Origin: an archaeon
Lineage (GTDB): Archaea; Thermoproteota; Nitrososphaeria; Nitrososphaerales; Gagatemarchaeaceae
DNA: 64,000 bases
Reading direction: 5' to 3'
NCBI GenBank assembly: GCA_021848045.1
Contig: JAJZNC010000004.1
Location: forward strand, 8,611 to 72,610
The notes beneath the pieces were generated by a model that saw only the letters and a list, made by a program, of their open reading frames with translations, did no database searches and was not told the origin of the DNA. Position numbers and translations under genes: made by a program. Shown here one piece after another: positions 44,147-52,204 of the stretch. How positions within the stretch are numbered: position 1 is the first letter of the stretch; the number at the start of each line of letters is the position of its first letter.

Positions 44147-44542
44147 CTGACCCTGAGGTTCAACGTCCCGGTCTCGAAGACCAGCCGGTTCTGGGATGCC
44201 CTCAGGGAGGGGAGGTTCGCGACCACGAGGTGCGCCGACTGCGGGCGGCTCACTTTCCCTCCGCAGGCGGACTGCCCCGGGTGCCTGGGCTCGAACGTCA
44301 CTTGGGTCGACCTCTCGAAGGAGGCGGAGCTGGTCACCTTCACCTACGTCCAGGTCACGCCGACCAGCTTCGCCGACCACGACCCATACGTGGTCGCGAT
44401 AGGGAGGATGACGGAGGGTGTGAACGTCCTCGCCTGGGTGGAGGGGGCTGACCCCACCAAGCTGAGGCCCGGGACCCGGCTCCGGGTGGAGGCGAGGAAC
44501 GACCCCGAGGGCCTGCCCTACTACGTCTTCGTGCCCGCCTAG
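44147..44542 (+). CDS. DUF35 OB-fold / Zn-ribbon protein (thiolase partner); apparent CTG start
   Basis: My translation is ..LTLRFNVPVSKTSRFWDALREGRFATTRCADCGRLTFPPQADCPGCLGSNVTWVDLSKEAELVTFTYV..YYVFVPA. It is in frame directly behind the thiolase TAG. The first ATG/GTG/TTG is far inside the OB domain. Confidence 0.75.
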   Translation: MTLRFNVPVSKTSRFWDALREGRFATTRCADCGRLTFPPQADCPGCLGSNVTWVDLSKEAELVTFTYVQVTPTSFADHDPYVVAIGRMTEGVNVLAWVEGADPTKLRPGTRLRVEARNDPEGLPYYVFVPA

Positions 44543-44922
44543 AACTCCACGGGGATGGAGCGCATGACCCTGACTATGGCAAGGAACCTGTCCTTGTACA
44601 TGAGGATCTTCGTGATGGAGCCCTTGAACTTCAGGAGCCCCTTTAGGACGGCCGCCTGGAGGTCGACCTCCCCCTTTGCGACCTTGGTCCAGGTGTCGTA
44701 GGACCCCTCGAACGAGAACTCGGCCTGCGCCGCAGGCTCCGACTGGGAGATGGTCGTCATCCCCTCCTCCACCCTGAGCAGGTACGCCGCTGCCTCCGGC
44801 TGGCCTGTGGAGGTGAGCTTGACGCTCGTCCTCAACGCCTTTGTGTCCTCCTGCCACTTTGGGTCGTTCGAGAGCCCGACCTGGATCTGAGCGAAGAACT
44901 CCGCCGAGAAGAACTTGACCAT
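44539..44922 (-). CDS. SCP2 sterol-carrier-like domain protein
   Basis: 127 aa. FEGSYDTWTKVAKGEVDLQAAVLKGLLKFKGSITKILMY is the typical SCP2 C-terminal half. Confidence 0.75.
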   Translation of the reverse strand: MVKFFSAEFFAQIQVGLSNDPKWQEDTKALRTSVKLTSTGQPEAAAYLLRVEEGMTTISQSEPAAQAEFSFEGSYDTWTKVAKGEVDLQAAVLKGLLKFKGSITKILMYKDRFLAIVRVMRSIPVEF

Positions 44923-44932
44923 CCCGGCCCGA

Positions 44933-45208
44933 CTATCCTGCGACGGCTTTTTTGAGCTTACCTATGGAGCCGGACGTGAGGGTCGACCTGAGGCTCACGC
45001 CTCCCGCCTTCGTCTGGAGGGCGGCCATCACCATCGGGAGGTCGACGTTGTCTGTCCTGACTATCAGGGCCCTCTCGAACCAGACCGCCTTCCTCGCCAT
45101 CGTGGGGGAGATCTTGGCGATCCTGTGCGTCAGCTCTCTCTTCGCCTCGTCGTCGATCGCCGTCTCGCTCGAGAGCAGGAGGTACCTCTTGTGGCGCGGC
45201 CCTCTCAA
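44933..45208 (-). CDS. RNase P protein component Pop5 (Rnp2)
   Basis: (M)RGPRHKRYLLLSSE.., ALIVRTDNVDLPMVMAAL, LTSGSIGKLKK match Pop5 landmarks (R.KRYI.f, ivRc.r, SGTIk.l). TTGA overlap with the upstream stop. Shorter than Pyrococcus Pop5. Confidence 0.6.
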   Translation of the reverse strand: MRGPRHKRYLLLSSETAIDDEAKRELTHRIAKISPTMARKAVWFERALIVRTDNVDLPMVMAALQTKAGGVSLRSTLTSGSIGKLKKAVAG

Positions 45209-45645
45209 CCGGTGGGCACCTCGAGGAGCCTCGAATAGAACCTCGCGGGGTCTCCCTTCATCAGGTGGGCGCGGGGCTTGACCCTCACGCGCACCGGGTC
45301 GGAGGGGGCGAGGACCGCGTCCCCCCTCGCCACCACGGCCTGCTTGCTCAGCCTGATGTAGAGCGCGTTGTGCTCGTCCAGGGAGGCGCCCAGGTCGCCG
45401 AGGACCGCCCGCCTCTCCTCCTGCGACATCCGCGAGACGATCATGGCCAGCGCGGCCGAGGCCTCCTCGCCCACGGCACGGAGCCTGACCCACACTATCT
45501 TGTTCCCAAAGTGCCCCTCTGCCTCCTGGCGCTCCTCCTGGAGCTGGGCTCCGAGCAGGGAAACGAGCGCGGCCCTGATCCTCTCCTCGTCCTCGGTCAT
45601 GTACACGAAGTACGAGACCTCGAGCGACTGGACCTCGGAGCTCAA
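45205..45645 (-). CDS. Conserved archaeal protein of the exosome-superoperon neighbourhood (COG1931/DUF54-like, predicted RNA-binding)
   Basis: 146 aa. VYMTEDEERIRAALVSLLG follows the family-like v.PtEd.ekV..al pattern. It is adjacent to Pop5. Assignment from memory only. Confidence 0.45.
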   Translation of the reverse strand: MSSEVQSLEVSYFVYMTEDEERIRAALVSLLGAQLQEERQEAEGHFGNKIVWVRLRAVGEEASAALAMIVSRMSQEERRAVLGDLGASLDEHNALYIRLSKQAVVARGDAVLAPSDPVRVRVKPRAHLMKGDPARFYSRLLEVPTG

Positions 45646-45668
45646 CGCGTGCAGTGAGGTGGAATACG

Positions 45669-45677
45669 TTTATCAAA
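45669..45677 (-). promoter_or_regulatory. TATA-like element (minus strand TTTGATAAA)
   Basis: Centred 28 nt upstream of TTG 45645. Confidence 0.4.
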
Positions 45678-45712
45678 GTCTCGGAGCGCCGAAGGGGACA
45701 GGACGGTAACAA

Positions 45713-46717
45713 ATGCGCGGCAACCTCAGGGTCCTTGGCATCGAGAGCACCGCCCACACCTTCTCGGCCTCGGTGGTCGGCGAGCGGGAGGGCGTCATCA
45801 CGAACGCGAAGGACGTCTACCTCCCTCCGGAGGGAAGCGGGATACACCCCGCCGAGGCGGCCGACCATCACCTCTCCGTGGCCGCCAGGGTGGTGCGCGA
45901 AGCGCTGGACGAGGCCGGAGCGCAGGGCTTGGATGACGTCGACGCGGTCGCCTACTCGATGGGGCCCGGCCTCGGGCCGTGCCTCCGCGTGGGCGCGGTC
46001 ACCGCGAGGGCGCTCTCGCTCGCCTCGGGCAAGCCCCTGGTCGCGGTCAACCACGCGGTGGGGCACATCGAGCTCGGGTGCCTCCTCACGGGGGCCAGGG
46101 CGCCGCTGGTCCTCCTTATCTCCGGCGGGCACACGATGGTACTGGCCCATTCCAACGGCGTCTGGAGGGTCCTGGGGGAGACGCTCGACCTCACGCTCGG
46201 GCAGCTCCTCGACCAGATAGGGCGGCACGTGGGGTTCGCTTCGCCGTGCGGCAGGAGGATAGAGGAGGCCGCTGCACGGTCGAGCAGGTACCTGAGGCTC
46301 CCCTACACCGTGAAGGGTAACGACGTCTCGTTCTCAGGGGTCTTGACGGCAGCGAAGAGGCTGGTCGACGGCGGGGCGCCTCCGGAGGACGTCTTCTACT
46401 CCGTCCAGGAGACGGCCTTTGCGATCACGACGGAGGTGACCGAGCGGGCGCTCGCGTTCACCGGGGCGAGGGAGCTCCTCGTGGTGGGCGGGGTGGCCGC
46501 CAACAGGAGGCTCTCGGAAATGCTCCGGAAGATGGCGGAGAGGCACGAGGCGTCGGTGATGGTGGTGCCGCCCCAGTTCAGCGGGGACTGCGGGGCGCAG
46601 ATAGCGTGGACGGGGCTCCTGGCGTACAGGGCGGGGGAGTCGCTCGCCGGCGTCGCCGAGAGCGTGGTGAGACAGTCCTGGCGCCTAGACACGGTAAGGA
46701 CGCCCTGGAGGGCGTGA
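45713..46717 (+). CDS. kae1: tRNA N6-adenosine threonylcarbamoyltransferase Kae1 (KEOPS)
   Basis: LGIESTAHT, GPGLGPCLRVG, VNHAVGHIE, GGVAAN. Confidence 0.93.
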   Translation: MRGNLRVLGIESTAHTFSASVVGEREGVITNAKDVYLPPEGSGIHPAEAADHHLSVAARVVREALDEAGAQGLDDVDAVAYSMGPGLGPCLRVGAVTARALSLASGKPLVAVNHAVGHIELGCLLTGARAPLVLLISGGHTMVLAHSNGVWRVLGETLDLTLGQLLDQIGRHVGFASPCGRRIEEAAARSSRYLRLPYTVKGNDVSFSGVLTAAKRLVDGGAPPEDVFYSVQETAFAITTEVTERALAFTGARELLVVGGVAANRRLSEMLRKMAERHEASVMVVPPQFSGDCGAQIAWTGLLAYRAGESLAGVAESVVRQSWRLDTVRTPWRA

Positions 46718-46733
46718 GCGCAGGTAGTCCCGG

Positions 46734-47372
46734 GTGGAGCTGATCTACCGCGGCGCGGAGGCGGACGTCTTCAAGGGGGGGTGGTGCGACCGGCCGGCCG
46801 TCTACAAGGTGCGCAAGCCCCTGACCTACAGGCTCCCCGAGCTAGACGGGCTCATCAGGAGCCAGCGCACGTCCCACGAGGCCCAGATAATCCACCAGTC
46901 AAGGGGGGCCGGGGTCCCGGCGCCATGGCTCTACTACGTCTCCCCCGAGGAGGCGCTCCTCGTGATGGAGTTTGTCGAGGGAGAGCGGCTCAAGACCGTA
47001 CTCATGGACCCCGCGATGACAGGGCGCAGGGCGCGAGAGCTCGGGGCGGAGTTCGGGCGCGACATCGCCAGACTGCACGCCGCGGGGATAATGCACGGAG
47101 ACCTGACCACGTCCAACGTCATCGTAGGAGGGGGCCGCCTAACGCTCATCGACTTCGGGCTGGCGATCAGGTCTCAGAGGCTCGAGGACCAGGCGGTCGA
47201 CCTCCGCCTGATCAAGGAGACGGTCACGGGGGCGCACAACGGGGTCTCCAAGCCCTTCATGCGGTCGCTCCTCGCCGGCTACTCCGAGGTCCTGGGAGGC
47301 ACCAGGACGGCGGCAGCGGCGAGGAAGCTCGCGGAGATAGAGCGGAGGGGGAGGTATGCCCGGGTCGAGTAG
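46734..47372 (+). CDS. bud32: Bud32/PRPK atypical kinase (KEOPS)
   Basis: GAEADV, YKVRKP, LVMEFVEG, HGDLTTSNVIV, LIDFGLA. Confidence 0.9.
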   Translation: MELIYRGAEADVFKGGWCDRPAVYKVRKPLTYRLPELDGLIRSQRTSHEAQIIHQSRGAGVPAPWLYYVSPEEALLVMEFVEGERLKTVLMDPAMTGRRARELGAEFGRDIARLHAAGIMHGDLTTSNVIVGGGRLTLIDFGLAIRSQRLEDQAVDLRLIKETVTGAHNGVSKPFMRSLLAGYSEVLGGTRTAAAARKLAEIERRGRYARVE

Positions 47373-47937
47373 CCGGGCTCGTCCTGTCCTCTTCGCCACC
47401 TCGAACAGGGGCAAGCTCGAGGAGGCGCGGGAGGTGCTGGGCCGGTTCGGGATCCAGGTCGAGCAGTTCGACGGCAAGGGGATCGAGATCCAGGCCGACA
47501 CCACCGGAGAGGTGGCCGCCTTCGCGTCCAGGGGGGCTGCCAGGGCGGCCCGGAGGCCGGTCCTGGTCGAGGATGCCGGCCTCTTCGTCGACGCCCTCGG
47601 CGGGTTCCCGGGGCCGTACTCGGCCTACGTCTTCAAGACGATAGGGGTCGGCGGCCTCGTCAGGCTCCTCGAGGGCGAGAGCTCCCGGGCTGCGGTCTTC
47701 GTGAGCTCGCTCGCCTACTGCGAGCCGTCCGGAGACCCGACGACCTTCGAGGGGACCGCGAGGGGGACGATAGCCGAACGGCCCAGGGGGGGCGGAGGGT
47801 TCGGCTTCGACCCGGTCTTCGTCCCGAGAGGCGGCGCCAGGACGTTCGGTGAGCTCACCCTGGAGCAGAAGGGCGCCGTCTCCCACAGGGCGGACTCGAT
47901 GAAGAAGTTCGCCCGCTGGTATCTATCGAGGGGATAG
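47356..47937 (+). CDS. Non-canonical purine NTP pyrophosphatase (Ham1/RdgB, ITPase)
   Basis: FATSNRGKLEE, VEDAGLFVDALGGFPGPYSA, GFGFDPVF, SHRA. Confidence 0.88.
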   Translation: MPGSSSRARPVLFATSNRGKLEEAREVLGRFGIQVEQFDGKGIEIQADTTGEVAAFASRGAARAARRPVLVEDAGLFVDALGGFPGPYSAYVFKTIGVGGLVRLLEGESSRAAVFVSSLAYCEPSGDPTTFEGTARGTIAERPRGGGGFGFDPVFVPRGGARTFGELTLEQKGAVSHRADSMKKFARWYLSRG

Positions 47938-47956
47938 CCTTCCCGGCCGGGAATGG

Positions 47957-47964
47957 TTTTAAAC
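47957..47964 (+). promoter_or_regulatory. TATA box TTTTAAAC for rps15
   Basis: Centred 33 nt upstream of TTG 47993. Confidence 0.5.
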
Positions 47965-47992
47965 CGGGGGAAATCGAGTCGCACCGGTTCCA

Positions 47993-48442
47993 TTGGCGAG
48001 GATACACTCCCACCGGCACGGCAAGAGCCACCAGACCCGGCCCACGAGCAAGCGGGCCCCGAACTGGCTCACCTACAGCGCGGACGACGTCACCGCCATG
48101 GTGGTCAAGCTGGCGAAGGAGGGCGTCCCCCCGAGCGCCATAGGGGTGAGGCTCAGGGACGAGTACGGGATACCGCTGGTGAAGCCCATCGTGGGTAGGT
48201 CGGTGATGGAGATCTTGAGGGAGAACAAGCTCTCTCCGGCGATTCCCGAGGACCTGCAGAACATGCTCGACTCCGCGAGGAGGGTGCAGTCCCACCTCGC
48301 CGCGTTCAAGGCGGACCGGAAGAACGTCCGCTCGCTAGAGCTGATAGAGGCGAAGATCTACCGCCTTTCAAAGTACTACAAGGAGATAGGCGTCCTCCCG
48401 CAGGACTTCAAGTACAGCGCGGTAGTGGCCCAGCTGAGCTGA
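47993..48442 (+). CDS. rps15: 30S ribosomal protein S15 (uS15, S13e type)
   Basis: MARIHSHRHGKSHQTRP.. N-terminus and the LELIEAKIYRLSKYY C-terminus. Confidence 0.92.
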   Translation: MARIHSHRHGKSHQTRPTSKRAPNWLTYSADDVTAMVVKLAKEGVPPSAIGVRLRDEYGIPLVKPIVGRSVMEILRENKLSPAIPEDLQNMLDSARRVQSHLAAFKADRKNVRSLELIEAKIYRLSKYYKEIGVLPQDFKYSAVVAQLS

Positions 48443-48463
48443 GATACGGGGTGGGGTCTCCGG

Positions 48464-49912
48464 GTGGTAGCGAGCGAGGCTGCTACGACACCAGACCGAC
48501 TGTCTGACCAGGGGGCTCTCTTCGAGCGCGCGCGTGACGAGGCCCGGCACCTGCTGGACCTCTCCCGGAAGGGGGCGCGCGTCCTCGTCGTCACCCACAT
48601 CGACGCGGACGGGCTCTCGAGCGGCTCGATAGCCTTCTCGGCCCTGGCCAGGAAGGGGGTGGCGGTCTCGGTGAGGGCCATACCCGACCTCGACCTGAAG
48701 GCGATAGAGAGGCTCAGGGCGGACAAGTTCGACTTCTACCTATTCACCGACCTGGGTTCGGGCCTCCTCGGAGAGCTCTCGAAGGCGTTCGGGGAGCGGT
48801 TCGCCGTCCTCGACCACCACCAGGTCCCCGAGGCGGACCTCCGCCACCCGCGGCTGATCAACGCATGGAACTTCGGGTACGACGGCGGGGTCGAGGCGTG
48901 CTCGTCCACGATGGCGTACGCCTTCGCAATGGCGCTCGACGACTGGGAGAACGCGGACCTCTCCCAGCTCGCGATCGTCGGGGCGCTCGGAGACAGGCAG
49001 GACAAGGGCGAGGGGCGGATGCTCACCGGGCTGAACAAGGTCGCGCTCGATGACGCCGTCTCCAGGGGCCTCGTCTCGGCCACCAACGACCTCCTCTTCT
49101 TCGGGAGGGAGACCCGGCCGGTCCACGAGGCGGTCGCGATGAGCTACACCCCGTTCATCCAGGGCCTCTCCGGGGCCAAGGACGCCGCCCTGGCCGCCCT
49201 CACCACCTCGGGGCTCAGGCTCAAGGAGGGGGGGAGGTGGCGCACCCTCGGCGAGCTCTCGAACGAGGAGAAGCAGAAGGTCGTCGAGGTCGTCTCCGGG
49301 TTCATCGCCTCGGCCGGGCACGGGGCGGACGTCCTGAAGGACCTCCTCGGGACGGTCTACACGTTCGTCTTCGAGGACCCTCTCACCCCGCTCCGCGACG
49401 CGCGCGAGTTCTCGAGCGTCCTCAACGCGTGCGGAAGGATGGACAGGGCGGACCTCGGCGTCTCGATCTGCATAGGCGACCGCGAGTCAGCGCTCAGCTC
49501 CGCCCTCTCCCTGATGGCGGAGTACAGGAGCAAGCTGAACAAGGCGCTCCAGAGGCTCCAGCAGGAGGAGGACAAGGTGGCAACCCAGGGGAACGTGATG
49601 GTCGTCATGGGGGAGGAGTTCATCGAGGAGAGGATGACCGGCTCGGTCTCGTCCCTCCTTGCCTCCTCGGACAGGTTCCGCGACAAGCTGGTCCTCGTCC
49701 GGGCGCGCTCGGGCGAGTCCGACCTGAAGTTCTCGTCGAGGATAGGGGACTCCTTCCCGGGGAAGGTGAACCTAGGCGAGGTGATGCGGGCGGCCGCGGA
49801 GAGCGTCGGGGGCGTGGGCGGGGGCCACAGCATGGCAGCCGGCGCGAAGGTCCCCTTCGCGAGGCGCGACGAATTCACCAGGCTCGTGGTAGAGCGGGTG
49901 GCTGCCGGGTGA
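48464..49912 (+). CDS. DHH-family RecJ-like nuclease (GAN/Cdc45-like)
   Basis: VVTHIDADGLSS, LDHHQV (DHH), and DHHA1 GGGHSMAAGA. Confidence 0.8.
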   Translation: MVASEAATTPDRLSDQGALFERARDEARHLLDLSRKGARVLVVTHIDADGLSSGSIAFSALARKGVAVSVRAIPDLDLKAIERLRADKFDFYLFTDLGSGLLGELSKAFGERFAVLDHHQVPEADLRHPRLINAWNFGYDGGVEACSSTMAYAFAMALDDWENADLSQLAIVGALGDRQDKGEGRMLTGLNKVALDDAVSRGLVSATNDLLFFGRETRPVHEAVAMSYTPFIQGLSGAKDAALAALTTSGLRLKEGGRWRTLGELSNEEKQKVVEVVSGFIASAGHGADVLKDLLGTVYTFVFEDPLTPLRDAREFSSVLNACGRMDRADLGVSICIGDRESALSSALSLMAEYRSKLNKALQRLQQEEDKVATQGNVMVVMGEEFIEERMTGSVSSLLASSDRFRDKLVLVRARSGESDLKFSSRIGDSFPGKVNLGEVMRAAAESVGGVGGGHSMAAGAKVPFARRDEFTRLVVERVAAG

Positions 49913-50178
49913 CGGGGCGCAGGCGGGCCGGCTCGGTGAGCCTCCTGCTCGAGATCGAGTGCCGGGACGGGGAGGTGGCTTCCGCGCTCGACGCCGCGCT
50001 GATGCCCGACAACCGCTACTTCCCGAAGGACCAGAGGTTCAGCGCCTCCAGGAGAGGAAGGCGCCTGACATTCAGGGTCGACTCTCCCCGGCTCCGCCCC
50101 GCCGTGAGCACGGTGGAGAGCATCATCGCGGACGCGAAGCTCTTCGGAGAGGTCTGGTCACAGGCGAGCAGGCGATGA
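49909..50178 (+). CDS. pcc1: KEOPS subunit Pcc1-like
   Basis: LLLEIECRDGEVASALDAALMPDN..RRLTFRVDSPRLRPAVSTVESIIADAKLF follows the Pcc1 pattern (..A..v..al.pe...l.i...a.d...LR..vns.lr.i). The start is GTG 49909 (GTGA overlap with the RecJ-like stop) or GTG 49936. Confidence 0.55.
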   Translation: MTGRRRAGSVSLLLEIECRDGEVASALDAALMPDNRYFPKDQRFSASRRGRRLTFRVDSPRLRPAVSTVESIIADAKLFGEVWSQASRR

Positions 50179-50253
50179 CCGTCCCGGGGGCACCTGCAAC
50201 GATTATCTCCAGGGGCTGCGAGGGTCGGCCAAGGGTCCAGTGGTAGCCAAGAC

Positions 50254-51528
50254 TTGCTCGACGTGAAGCTGCTGAGGGAGAGGCCTGAGGTCATCCGGGA
50301 CGACCTGAAGAAGCGCGGCTGGCTGGACAAGCTCCCGCTGGTGGACGAGGCCGCCGCGGCCGACTCCGAGTGGCGCCAGACGAAGAAGAGGGTCGACGAC
50401 CTCCGCCACGCGCAGAACAAGCTCACGACGGAGGTCGCCGCCCTGAAGAAGGCCGGCAAGGACGCGAGCGAGAAGCTGGCCGAGGTGAAGGGGGTCCCGG
50501 ACGAGATCGCCAGGCTGGACAAGAGGGCAGACGAGCTCCAGTCGCGCGTCCGGGAGGTGCTCATGTCGCTGCCCAACATACTCCACGCTTCCGTGCCGGT
50601 CGGGCCTGACGAGGGCGGCAACGTCACGGTCAGGACCTGGGGGGAGCCGCGGAAGTTCGACTTTTCCCCCAAGGACCACCAAGACCTCCTCGTCGGGCTC
50701 GGCCTCCTCGACGTCGAGAGGGCCGCGAAGATATCCGGGGCGCGGTTCTTCTTCCTGAAGGGGGACGCGATGAGGCTCGAGCAGTCCATCATGAGGTACG
50801 CGGTTGACTTCCTCTCCAAGAGGGGCTTCACGGCGGTCGGCCCTCCTCTCATGATGCGCAGGGACGCCTACGCGGGGGTGGTCGACCTCGCGGACTTTGG
50901 GCCGGTGATATACAAGCTCGAGGGGGACGACCTCTACCTCATCGCCACCTCCGAGCACCCCCTGGTCTCCATGCACATGGACGAGATCCTCCCGGGGGGC
51001 TCGCTCCCGATAAGGTACTGCGGCTTCAGCCCGAACTTCCGGGCGGAGGCGGGAGCCCACGGGAAGGACACCAAGGGGATCTTCAGGACCCACCAGTTCT
51101 ACAAGGTCGAGCAGGTGGTCTTCGCGAGGCCCGAGGAGAGCTGGGCCATCCACGAGGAGCTCATCGGCAACGCCGAGGCGATCTTCCAGAGCCTGGGCCT
51201 GCACTACCGGGTCGTGAACATATGCACGGGCGACATCGGGACCGTCGCCGCGAAGAAGTACGACCTCGAGGCCTGGATGCCCGTGCAGGAGCGGTTCCGG
51301 GAGATGGTCTCCTGCAGCAACTGCACCGACTACCAGGCCAGGCGGCTGATGATCCGGTACCGGGAGAAGCCCGGCTCGGAGCCCTTCCTCCTCCATACGC
51401 TCAACTCCACCGCGGTGACCACCAGGGCGCTCGTGGCGATAGTGGAGAACTTCCAGCAGAGGGACGGGTCCATCGCGATCCCAAAGCCGCTCGTGCCCTA
51501 CATGGGCGGGCTCGAGATAATATCATAG
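50254..51528 (+). CDS. serS: Seryl-tRNA synthetase
   Basis: N-terminal coiled-coil arm, motif 2 FRAEAGAHGKDTKGIFRTHQFYKVE, and motif 3 region NSTAVTTRALVAIVENF. Confidence 0.93.
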   Translation: MLDVKLLRERPEVIRDDLKKRGWLDKLPLVDEAAAADSEWRQTKKRVDDLRHAQNKLTTEVAALKKAGKDASEKLAEVKGVPDEIARLDKRADELQSRVREVLMSLPNILHASVPVGPDEGGNVTVRTWGEPRKFDFSPKDHQDLLVGLGLLDVERAAKISGARFFFLKGDAMRLEQSIMRYAVDFLSKRGFTAVGPPLMMRRDAYAGVVDLADFGPVIYKLEGDDLYLIATSEHPLVSMHMDEILPGGSLPIRYCGFSPNFRAEAGAHGKDTKGIFRTHQFYKVEQVVFARPEESWAIHEELIGNAEAIFQSLGLHYRVVNICTGDIGTVAAKKYDLEAWMPVQERFREMVSCSNCTDYQARRLMIRYREKPGSEPFLLHTLNSTAVTTRALVAIVENFQQRDGSIAIPKPLVPYMGGLEIIS

Positions 51529-51532
51529 TCGC

Positions 51533-51541
51533 ATTTTTAAG
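51533..51541 (+). promoter_or_regulatory. TATA box ATTTTTAAG for rps3ae
   Basis: Centred 32 nt upstream of TTG 51569. Confidence 0.5.
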
Positions 51542-51568
51542 CCAGAGAAATCAGGGCGGCACCGAAAG

Positions 51569-52204
51569 TTGCCGAAGAAGGTCACGGGGAAGGTCAGAGA
51601 CAAGTGGAAGCTGAAGCAGTGGGTCACCGTCCTCGCCTCCCCCTCGTTCGGTAACGCCCCCATCGGCAAGGTGCCCATCACGGACGTCGAGAGGCCGGCC
51701 GGGCGCGTCGTCGAGACCACGCTCTACGACATCCTGAAACAGGACCCGCAGCACTATAGCTTCAAGCTCTACTTCCAGATCGACAAGGTCGACGGCGAGA
51801 CCGCTTACACGATACTAAAGGGGCACGAGTTCTCCAGGGAGTACCTCCGCAGCCTGATAAGGAGGGGCTCCTCGATGTCGGACTTCATCAAGGACTACAA
51901 GACCAAGGACGGCTACGTCGTCAGGGTCTACACGATCGCCCTCTCTCAGGGGAGGATGAACTCCTCGAAGAAGCACGAGATACGGATGATAGTCGACAAG
52001 ATAATGGAGGAGAGGGCCGCGTCGCTGACGTACGACCAGTTCGTCCAGGAGACGGTCCTCCAGAAGCTCGCCTCAGACGTCTACAACGAGGCCAAGAAGG
52101 TCACGAGGCTCAGGCACGTCGGCGTGAGGAAGGCCAAGCTCATCTCCAGGCCACAGCCAGGCCAGGTCGAGCAGGTCGAGGTCCTAGCCGCGCCTGCCGC
52201 TTGA
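51569..52204 (+). CDS. rps3ae: 30S ribosomal protein S3Ae (eS1)
   Basis: KVRDKWKLKQWVTVLASPSFG.., GHEFSREYLRSLIRR. Confidence 0.92.
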   Translation: MPKKVTGKVRDKWKLKQWVTVLASPSFGNAPIGKVPITDVERPAGRVVETTLYDILKQDPQHYSFKLYFQIDKVDGETAYTILKGHEFSREYLRSLIRRGSSMSDFIKDYKTKDGYVVRVYTIALSQGRMNSSKKHEIRMIVDKIMEERAASLTYDQFVQETVLQKLASDVYNEAKKVTRLRHVGVRKAKLISRPQPGQVEQVEVLAAPAA

